Notes under the pieces: generated by a model
What the model was told of the DNA's origin: nothing
What the model saw: only the letters and a program-made list of their open reading frames with translations
Database searches by the model: none
Translations under genes and position numbers: made by a program
Part shown: piece by piece, positions 56,308 to 64,000 of the stretch
Layout of the letters: the number at the start of each line of letters is the position of its first letter
Numbering within the stretch: the first letter of the stretch is position 1
Assembly (NCBI GenBank): GCA_943788985.1
Contig: CALSSJ010000015.1
Location: 1 to 64,000 of the forward strand
Source of the DNA: an uncultured Lentisphaerales bacterium
Lineage (GTDB): Bacteria > Verrucomicrobiota > Lentisphaeria > JABSQK01 > UBA12247
Direction: 5' to 3'
Length of the DNA stretch: 64,000 nucleotides

Positions 56308-59300
56308 ATGAAGCCTGAGCCGAAATCTTTTCTCGATAGGACCATTCTATTCTGCCTGCAGAATAAGCTGGTGGTGCTGCTGGCTGTCGTGTTTGCGCTG
56401 CTCTGGGGGGCCATCGTAGCACCATTCGACTGGGAGATTGAGCGCTTGCCGCGTGATCCCGTGCCAGTCGATGCGATCCCGGACATCGGTGAGAATCAGC
56501 AGATCGTGTTCACGCGCTGGATGGGGCGATCACCGCAGGATGTGGAAGACCAGATCAGCTATCCAATGACCGTGGCAATGCTCGGCATCCCGGGCGTGAA
56601 GACAGTGCGCAGCTACTCGATGTTCGGCTTCAGCACCATCTACATTATTTTCAAGGAAGACGTCGAATTCTACTGGTCACGATCACGGGTCCTAGAGAAG
56701 CTCAATAGCCTTCCAGTAGGTTCGCTGCCGACGGGGGTGCAGCCAGCGCTGGGCCCGGATGCCACGGCTTTGGGGCAGGTCTACTGGTACACGCTCGAAG
56801 GCCGTGACCAGGCAGGTAATCCGGCTGGCGGCTGGGATCTGCACGAGCTGCGCAGCATTCAGGATTGGCAGGTGCGTTATGCGTTGCTTTCGGCAGATGG
56901 CATCGCCGAAGTCGCCAGCATCGGCGGCTATGTGCAGGAATATCAGGTAGATGTGGACCCAGATGCGATGCGCGCCTATGGCGTGACGCTGGACCAGGTG
57001 ATCGCGGCGGTGAAGATGTCGAATCTGGATGTTGGGGCGCGGACCATCGAGATCAACAAGGTGGAGTATGTGATCCGCGGCCTCGGCTTTATCAAAGACG
57101 TGGAGGACATCGAGCTGTCGGTCGTGGGCGTGAGCGATAATGTGCCGATCTATGTGAGGAACGTGGCCAAGGTAAGTCTCGGGCCGGCCCTACGCCGGGG
57201 GGCCTTGGATAAAGGCGGCGCCGAAGCGGTCGGCGGTGTGGCGGTGGTGCGCTATGGCGAGAATCCGCTGGCCGCGATCAAAAACCTGAAAGCGCAAATT
57301 GCGCAGATCGCACCGGGCCTGCCCGAAAAGGTGGTGATCGACTTTAACGCGGTGGATGCGGAAACAGTTGCGAAGTTCGCAATCAGCCAGGGGTTTGCGG
57401 CCTACAATGAGGCGGTGCTGAATCAGGAGGCCTGGCTGACCTGGACACGAGAGACCGCGCCAGAGTTACGCCCGGATTGGCTGACGCTGAGCAAGGTGAC
57501 GGTGGTGCCATTCTACGATCGCACGGGGCTCATCTACGAGACGCTCGGCACGCTGAATATCGCGCTGACCGAAGAAATGCTGGTGACCATTATAGTCATC
57601 ATCATGATGCTGCTGCATTTGCGGAGTTCGCTGGTCATCACGGCAACGCTGCCGTTGGCAGTACTGATTTGCTTCATCGCCATGAAGATCTTTCATGTGG
57701 ACGCCAACATCGTGGCGCTCTCGGGCATCGCCATCGCTATCGGCACCATTGTGGACATGGGCGTCATCGTGTGCGAGAACGTCCTCAAGCATCTTGAGAC
57801 AGCCGAGCCCGAGGAAGACCGGCTGACGATCGTTTACAATGCCACCACCGAGGTGGCCAGTGCGGTGCTCACGGCCATTCTCACCACCATCATCAGCTTC
57901 TTGCCGGTGTTTACGATGATTGGCGCGGAGGGCAAGCTGTTCAAGCCGCTGGCTTTTACCAAGACGTTTGCGCTGTTCGCAAGTGTGATCGTGGCGCTCA
58001 CCGTCGTGCCAGCCATCGCTCACTCGCTGTTCACCTTTAGCGCCCCCGGCAAGGCGTGGCGCGGGCGTCTACTAGCGAAGATTCCGCCGTGGGTTTTGCG
58101 GAGTTCGCGCTGGATTCTAAATGGCGTGGTGGCGCTGCTGGTCGGGGTGATTCTGACCCGACATTGGCTTCCCTTGGGGCCGCAGGCAGGCATCTTCGCT
58201 AACGGGGTGGTAGTGCTGCTGCCGATCTTCGCACTGCTGGCCTTCCTTATCGCCTTTATTAAGATCTATCGCCCGCTCTTGCGCTGGTTTCTCGACCACA
58301 AGCTGATCTTTCTGAGCATTCCAACAGTGATCGTGGTGCTTGGTCTGGCCATCTGGCTCGGCGCTGGTGCGGTGCTGGGCTGGATGCCGGACGGCGTGAA
58401 GAAGAGCAGCACGTACAGCTCGCTGGTTCATACCTTTCCGGGATTGGGCAAGGAGTTTATGCCGGACCTTGACGAGGGTTCGTATCTGTACATGCCGACG
58501 ACCATGCCACACGCGTCGATCGGCGAAGCGCTGGATGTGCTGCAGAAACAGGACATGGGCTTCAGTGCGATCCCCGAGATTGAGTCGGCGGTCGGCAAGC
58601 TCGGCCGGGCCGAAACCCCGCTGGACCCGGCACCCGTATCGATGATCGAGACCGTCATCAACTACCTGAGCGAATACGTAACGGACGATGATGGCCACGA
58701 CGTGCGCTTTCGCTACGATCCCGAGGCCACAGACCTGATGCGCAATGTCGCCGGCGAGCCACTACCGGCTGCCGATGGTGAGCCCTACACGGTGCAAGGT
58801 AGCTACAGCTGGGATGAGCAGGGCGCATTGATTCCAGACGAGGATGGCATGCCGTTTCGACAGTGGCGCCAGCCGCTGGACTTAGCGCTGAATGACGACC
58901 GCGAGGCCTGGCAGGGCATTCGTGACCCCGCTGATATCTGGGACGAGATCTTGGTGGCTGGCGAGATCCTAGGCACGACCTCGGCTCCCAAGCTGCAGCC
59001 GATCGCCGCGCGCATCGTGATGCTACAAAGCGGTATGCGAGCCCCAATGGGCCTGAAAGTGAAGGGCCCAGACTTGGAGACGATCGATCGCTTTGGTCTC
59101 GACGTGGAGCGCTTGCTCAAGGAGGTGCCGAGCGTCAAAGCCAGCGCTGTGATTGCCGACCGCATCGTCGGAAAGCCCTATCTGGAGATCGATATCGACC
59201 GCGAGGCCATCGCCCGCTACGGCGTGCACATTCGCAAGGTCCAGCAGGTGATCGAGGTGGCGATTGGCGGGATGCCCTTGACCACGACAGTGGAAGGGCG

Positions 59301-60222
59301 CGAGCGCTACCCCGTTCGCGTGCGCTATCCACGTGAACTCCGCGACACCCTCGAGGGCCTGGAGAAGATCCTCGTGCCGGGCATGGGCGGCCAGCAGATT
59401 CCGATGAGCCAGCTGGCTACTATTCGCTATTTGCGAGGTCCGCAAGTGATCAAAAGTGAGGACACCTTCTTGATTGGTTACGTGCTGTTCGACAAGCAGC
59501 CGGAGTTTGCCGAGGTGGATGTGGTCGAGGCCTGCCAGGAGTTTCTGGCAGCGAAGATTGCCAGCGGTGAGCTGATTCTACCGGCGGGCGTGTCCTACGA
59601 GTTTGCGGGGAGCTACCAGAACCAGCTGCGGGCAGCCAAAACCTTGTCGTTGGTGCTGCCTTTGGCACTGTTCCTGATCTTTCTGATTCTGTATTTTCAG
59701 TTCAAGACTGTTCCCACCACCCTCTTGGTTTTTAGTGGAATTGCGGTCGCCTGGGCGGGCGGTTTCATCCTGATCTGGCTCTATGGCCAGGATTGGTTTC
59801 TGAACGTCGACCTCTTTGGGAAGAACCTGCGCGATCTGTTTCAGGTCAGCCCGCTCAACCTGAGCGTGGCCGTTTGGGTTGGCTTCTTGGCCCTCTTTGG
59901 CATTGCTAGTGATGATGGCGTGGTAATGACCACCTATCTCAGGCAGGCATTCGCTAGTGCGACGCCAGAGACCGTCGGGGAAATCCGGGCCGCCGTGATA
60001 GAAGCGGGTTGTCGGCGCATCCGCCCGTGCCTGATCACCACCGCCACCACCATGCTCGCTCTGTTACCTGTGCTGACCAGCACCGGGCGCGGTGCCGACA
60101 TCATGATTCCGATGGCGATCCCGAGCTTTGGCGGCATGCTGATCGCCCTGATCACGCTGTTTGTCGTGCCCGTGCTGTATTGCTTGATCCAGGAAGTAGG
60201 CCTGCGCCGGAAGGGGAGATGA
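56308..60222 (+). CDS. cusA: CusA-type heavy-metal RND permease
   Basis: DAIPDIGENQQIVFT, LGPDAT.LGQV, FYDR, GIAIAIG, PLAFTKT, EFMPDLDEG, RIRPCL. Confidence 0.95.
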   Translation: MKPEPKSFLDRTILFCLQNKLVVLLAVVFALLWGAIVAPFDWEIERLPRDPVPVDAIPDIGENQQIVFTRWMGRSPQDVEDQISYPMTVAMLGIPGVKTVRSYSMFGFSTIYIIFKEDVEFYWSRSRVLEKLNSLPVGSLPTGVQPALGPDATALGQVYWYTLEGRDQAGNPAGGWDLHELRSIQDWQVRYALLSADGIAEVASIGGYVQEYQVDVDPDAMRAYGVTLDQVIAAVKMSNLDVGARTIEINKVEYVIRGLGFIKDVEDIELSVVGVSDNVPIYVRNVAKVSLGPALRRGALDKGGAEAVGGVAVVRYGENPLAAIKNLKAQIAQIAPGLPEKVVIDFNAVDAETVAKFAISQGFAAYNEAVLNQEAWLTWTRETAPELRPDWLTLSKVTVVPFYDRTGLIYETLGTLNIALTEEMLVTIIVIIMMLLHLRSSLVITATLPLAVLICFIAMKIFHVDANIVALSGIAIAIGTIVDMGVIVCENVLKHLETAEPEEDRLTIVYNATTEVASAVLTAILTTIISFLPVFTMIGAEGKLFKPLAFTKTFALFASVIVALTVVPAIAHSLFTFSAPGKAWRGRLLAKIPPWVLRSSRWILNGVVALLVGVILTRHWLPLGPQAGIFANGVVVLLPIFALLAFLIAFIKIYRPLLRWFLDHKLIFLSIPTVIVVLGLAIWLGAGAVLGWMPDGVKKSSTYSSLVHTFPGLGKEFMPDLDEGSYLYMPTTMPHASIGEALDVLQKQDMGFSAIPEIESAVGKLGRAETPLDPAPVSMIETVINYLSEYVTDDDGHDVRFRYDPEATDLMRNVAGEPLPAADGEPYTVQGSYSWDEQGALIPDEDGMPFRQWRQPLDLALNDDREAWQGIRDPADIWDEILVAGEILGTTSAPKLQPIAARIVMLQSGMRAPMGLKVKGPDLETIDRFGLDVERLLKEVPSVKASAVIADRIVGKPYLEIDIDREAIARYGVHIRKVQQVIEVAIGGMPLTTTVEGRERYPVRVRYPRELRDTLEGLEKILVPGMGGQQIPMSQLATIRYLRGPQVIKSEDTFLIGYVLFDKQPEFAEVDVVEACQEFLAAKIASGELILPAGVSYEFAGSYQNQLRAAKTLSLVLPLALFLIFLILYFQFKTVPTTLLVFSGIAVAWAGGFILIWLYGQDWFLNVDLFGKNLRDLFQVSPLNLSVAVWVGFLALFGIASDDGVVMTTYLRQAFASATPETVGEIRAAVIEAGCRRIRPCLITTATTMLALLPVLTSTGRGADIMIPMAIPSFGGMLIALITLFVVPVLYCLIQEVGLRRKGR

Positions 60223-60990
60223 GGCCCTCGCCAAAATCTCCATGTATGTCCGCATTCTGCTGGCGATGCTGCTGGTGAGCGGTGTCCCGCTGGTGCTGGT
60301 GAACTCGCAGAGCCTGCACTGTGCCCACAAAGGCTTCTTGGAGCTGCAGGAGCGACGGCAAACGGACTGCCTAAGTGAACACAGCGAGACCATCCAGAGC
60401 TGGATCGACGAGCGAGGGGCCACGTTGCAGATGGTCGGTGTCTGTCCCACGCTGCAGAACTTGCTAGCGAACCAGGAGGTCGCCCAAGCCGTGCCAGAGA
60501 TGCAGACTCGGCAGGCCTCCAATCGTATCGCGATCATCGCGACGAAGCCGTCTTTGGTATGACGCTAGCGCTCGCGCAATTGGACTGGCAATTGATGGTG
60601 GAATTGGACGAGGCGGACAGCGGTATCGTCGTCTCGGTTTTGATCATCCTGCTGGCCGTCTTGGTTGCCCGTTTTCTCGCCCGTCCCCTCCAACAACTTA
60701 CGACCACCTGTCGCGGGATCAGTTCTGACTTCGAGCCCGAGCTCCCGAACGTTCAGGGCCGTGAAGCGCGAGAGCTGCGTGTGGCCTTGGAGATGATTTT
60801 CTTGCGCGCCGGGGCACTCGCGGCCGTCGGCGAACTCAGCGCGAGTATCGTGCATGAGATGCGCAATGCGCTCAACACCATTCAGATCAATATTGATGCA
60901 CTGCAAGATAGCCAGACCGAACCCAAACTGCGTGAGCTCCATCAGCTTACCCGCCGCCAGGCAGAAAGCCTGCAGGAAGGCCTCGCGAAC
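60219..60990 (+). pseudogene. Decayed sensor histidine kinase (TM/HAMP/HisKA, no HATPase)
   Basis: LARPLQQL, AVGELSASIVHEMRNAL; internal stop and apparent deletions. Confidence 0.7.
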
Positions 60991-61480
60991 GCAATTAACA
61001 ACGCGTACGTGGACCAGAGCCTGTCGGCCCGCATTGGCAAGCCCCATGCAACCGCTGTTTTCCCGTGAAGTGATTATCTCGACGCTGGGCATTTTGTATC
61101 AGCTTGGGCGAGAGGTGGACGCGTGCAGCAGCGACCTGCACACCAGCCTGCAACAGGCGATATGGGCGACCGGCCAGCGCACGGGCCCCCAGATTTTCAC
61201 ACTGCCGGTGACACTGTCGCTCATGGTGTTTTTTGCGCTTTGTATGCAATGCGGCGCGACGGTGGTAGATCTGCCGTGAGCTGTCATAGCCGCAGGCTGC
61301 ATGCGCCTTTACCGACATGAGCGTACTGGCCTGGCTGGGCGCCGTAGCGACCTTCCAAATCGGCACTTGGTGTGGTTTGTCAGCGCGATTAGCGCCGCAG
61401 TCGTATATTGCGGGTGGTATTTGCTACGTTTCGGGAAATCCGGCGGGTGTACCGGCTGCGATGCTCGCAACGCGCCATCC
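60990..61480 (+). pseudogene. feoB: FeoB C-terminal remnant plus small FeoB-associated Cys-rich peptide remnant
   Basis: SARIGK, REVIISTLGILY, SLMVFFALCMQC.ATV, LAW..A...FQIG, then SGGCTGC. Confidence 0.75.
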
Positions 61481-61732
61481 TCTGTTTGCACGCGCAAGAA
61501 GGACACGAGCGAAGAAGAAGGTCCTGTCCTCGGCGCTGACCATCTACAGCAACGACTTTTGGCACTCCATCCGTGGCGTAAAGCAAGGACGCTAGGCCCG
61601 GTGGTTTCTACCGGCTACGTTCTTGCTTCCCTCCGGGAAAACGTGCCTGACGCAGTCGGTGCCATGTGCGAGGCAGGCCTGGAGCACGCGAAATACCTCG
61701 CGCATTGCCCCGCGTATTTATGATTCAGCACA

Positions 61733-62797
61733 CTAGAAGACCGCTTTGAACTCGTCGATGTTGCTCTTGTCGAAGCGAAAAAGTGAGCCCAGATAGAGCA
61801 GGCCGTAGTTGGCCCCCGCTTGAGCCTCCACCGTCATCGTGCCCAAGCGCCCGGCACTGAAGGTCTCACCAGGAGCGCCGCTGATCTCTTTCTGCGCCAG
61901 ACGAAAGGTCGCGTAGGCATTCAGATACCCGAGGTCGACCGGATTCCAGAGGCCAAATGCCTTGCAGGCATCGTTCTGCACATACTCGGCCAGCTCGCTC
62001 GGCAGGCCCAGCCCGGTGACTTCGATCTTGTCAATCTTACCCTCGTCGCTTACGGCTTTGGCAGTCGCCGCCAAGCCGACCGACGTAGGGCTGATGATGC
62101 CGCGCAGCTCGGGATAGGCTTTGAATAGCCCAAGTGCCTCGTTATAACTCTTCTCGCGAACGTCGTCGCCATAGACCACCGCAACCAGCTTGATCTTGGC
62201 ATAGGCTGGCTCTTTCAGAGTCTCCTTCATGTGCGCAATCCAGGTATTCTGGTTGTCCATGGTGGCCGCCGCGCTAAGGATCGCGATCTGTCCCTCGTGG
62301 CCAATCAGATCAGCGATGAGCTTGATCTGATCGGCACCAATCTTCGCTGCGGAAACGGGCTCTGTTGCCAGTTGCCGACTACCGGGCACGACGCCGGATT
62401 CCCAGCCCACGACCGCGACGCCACGACGTATTGCCTTTTTCGAGACATTGACCAGGGACTGCGGATCGTTGGCGACGTAGGTGATGCCATCGACGCGCTG
62501 CGCCAGCAAGGACTCCATAATCTCAATCTGGCCTTCAGGGGTCGGCTGCTCGGGGCCGCGATAAATGGACTCCACGCCAAGCTCATCGCAGGCTTCTTGC
62601 CAGCCCTTGTTGACCGCGTCAAAGAACGGATTGCCAATATTCTTCACGACCAACGCCAAGCGTTTGCCTTGGCCCGTTGCCGGCTCCGCTGCTGCCCCGC
62701 CTTCTGTGCTCGCGGCCTGGGGCTTCTCACCACAACTGGCGAGAAGCAAAAGAATGAGACCGGTGAGAAATGCGCGTGTAATTGCCTGGTGCTTCAT
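61733..62797 (-). CDS. rhaS: Rhamnose-type sugar ABC substrate-binding lipoprotein
   Basis: Lipobox LASC; KNIGNPFF, EGQIE, ANDP, NQNTWI, YGDD, TGLGLPSE, LWNP.DLG. Confidence 0.85.
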   Translation of the reverse strand: MKHQAITRAFLTGLILLLLASCGEKPQAASTEGGAAAEPATGQGKRLALVVKNIGNPFFDAVNKGWQEACDELGVESIYRGPEQPTPEGQIEIMESLLAQRVDGITYVANDPQSLVNVSKKAIRRGVAVVGWESGVVPGSRQLATEPVSAAKIGADQIKLIADLIGHEGQIAILSAAATMDNQNTWIAHMKETLKEPAYAKIKLVAVVYGDDVREKSYNEALGLFKAYPELRGIISPTSVGLAATAKAVSDEGKIDKIEVTGLGLPSELAEYVQNDACKAFGLWNPVDLGYLNAYATFRLAQKEISGAPGETFSAGRLGTMTVEAQAGANYGLLYLGSLFRFDKSNIDEFKAVF

Positions 62798-62841
62798 CAG
62801 TGAACTCCTTGTGGGACTTTGAGAATTAACGAGAATGATGG

Positions 62842-64000
62842 CTAGGGTCCAGCCGCGGCGCGAGCCAACTCACGCTGAGAAGTCAGCCAGCCGGTGAAGT
62901 TGTTCACCAAGATGGACACGATCAACAACCCGCCAATAATGAGAAACATATACTGTGCATTAATATTGTGCAGGCCCAGTCCATAGCGAATCGTACCAAT
63001 CAGAAAGACGGCCAGCATGACGCCCCAGAATTTGCCAGTCCCGCCGCTGATCATGACGCCCCCCAGAATCACAATCGTGATCACCTCCAACTCGAATCCC
63101 GTGGCAATATTCGGGCGTGTATTGCCGATGCGCGAGGCCAGAAAGACACTGGCGATGCCGGCGAACAGCCCGGACAAGGTAAAGAGCAGCACTTTGGTAC
63201 GTGCCACTGGGATTCCTGAGGCATAGCACGTGCGTTCATTGCGACCGATCGCATAGACGGTGCGGCCAAACCGCGTGGTGTGCAGCACCAGCCCCATGAT
63301 CACCGCCATGACCACCACCACCACCAGCGAGAAGGGTACCGGCGAATCGCCGATGTAGCCGCAGCCCAGCCAAGTAAATGACTCCGGAAAGCCACTTACG
63401 GCCTGGTCGCCCAAAAGCACTGAGGCAATGCCGCGATAGAGCGAAAAGGTGGCAAGCGTGACGATGATCGATGAGATGCGCAGTCGGGCAACAACCAGCC
63501 CATTCAACAGCCCACAAAGCGCCCCCACCCCAATGCCGAGCAATGCCGCCAGCCAAATGTTCATGCCACTGCGAAACGCAATGGCCATGCTTACCGACGA
63601 CAAGGCCATGGTGGAGCCCACAGAGAGATCAATGTTGCCCGTGATGATCACGAATGCCACAATCATCGCCAGTATGGCCTTCTCTGAGAACATAACGGTC
63701 ATGTCAAAGAGGTTGTACATGTCGAGATAGTGCGGCGTGGTCAGCGCCATGCTCACATTAAAAATCAAAAAGATCGCCAGCAGTACCAGTTCCCACGGTA
63801 CGGCCGGTTTGCCAGTCATCAGCGTCGCCGCGTCGTCACTATGGGCCGCTGTTCGGCGCGACAGGCGCTTGTCGACAATTACCGCGATTAAAATGATAGC
63901 CCCGTTAATCCCCAGTTTCCAGAACGGAGAGATCCGGGCCAGATTGAGTGAGTTGGTGATCGAACCGATCAAAAGTGCGCCGAGCACGACCCCTAGGATT
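62842..64000 (-). CDS. Sugar ABC permease, apparently a two-domain RhaP-RhaQ fusion (5' end outside window)
   Basis: C-terminus of one permease (ISPFWK..I.G.IILIAV) is in frame with a complete second one (IDLSVGS, FGR.VYAIG.N, GFELEVIT). Confidence 0.85.
   Translation of the reverse strand, partial: ILGVVLGALLIGSITNSLNLARISPFWKLGINGAIILIAVIVDKRLSRRTAAHSDDAATLMTGKPAVPWELVLLAIFLIFNVSMALTTPHYLDMYNLFDMTVMFSEKAILAMIVAFVIITGNIDLSVGSTMALSSVSMAIAFRSGMNIWLAALLGIGVGALCGLLNGLVVARLRISSIIVTLATFSLYRGIASVLLGDQAVSGFPESFTWLGCGYIGDSPVPFSLVVVVVMAVIMGLVLHTTRFGRTVYAIGRNERTCYASGIPVARTKVLLFTLSGLFAGIASVFLASRIGNTRPNIATGFELEVITIVILGGVMISGGTGKFWGVMLAVFLIGTIRYGLGLHNINAQYMFLIIGGLLIVSILVNNFTGWLTSQRELARAAAGP

Larger units (their letters stand above)
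621..57381. repeat. Dispersed highly iterated palindrome TGCGRANTYCGCA (often flanked T...A)
   Basis: Exact 13-mers start at 621, 4647, 4798, 8391, 14786, 26839, 28639, 32706, 32727, 33306, 33934, 35583, 35816, 36652, 37377, 45631, 47091, 48743, 51359, 52259, 55677 and 57369 (manual scan). Confidence 0.92.

Noticed and set aside
55944..56318. 124-aa ORF between cusB and cusA as a CusF-like gene
   Set aside because: No signal peptide or metal motif; it spans the inverted-repeat element.
621..57381. Palindrome as CRISPR repeat, REP or terminator
   Set aside because: Too short, dispersed, intragenic, without regular spacers or U-tracts, and no cas genes are present.

Overview
GC-rich bacterial chromosomal window, most likely from the PVC superphylum. 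A Lentisphaerota-like origin is suggested by a prepilin/H-X9-DG-type gene and PVC-type hypothetical proteins (inference). Contents in order: end of a SUF Fe-S operon (sufC-sufD-sufS-sufU-rrf2-sufT), a very large secreted protein, ppiC, glnS, a methyltransferase plus GT2, a PspA-PspA-YqiJ-like-flotillin operon, ctaA, plsC, arsC, an S41 protease, a TraB-family protein, a sulfatase maturase, 5-oxoprolinase, oadG-B-A, tilS, a type II glutamine synthetase, glpK, a TolC-TolC-CusB-CusA metal-efflux operon, decayed kinase/feoB remnants and a rhamnose-type ABC transporter. Many genes carry single-base frameshifts, probably long-read assembly errors. The most striking signal is a 13-15 bp palindrome, (T)TGCGRASTYCGCA(A). 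By manual scan it occurs at least 22 times exactly (plus about 13 one-mismatch copies), almost all inside coding sequences and in several reading frames. It is a candidate highly iterated chromosomal signal that I do not recognise. Three consensus-like sigma54 promoters are also visible.
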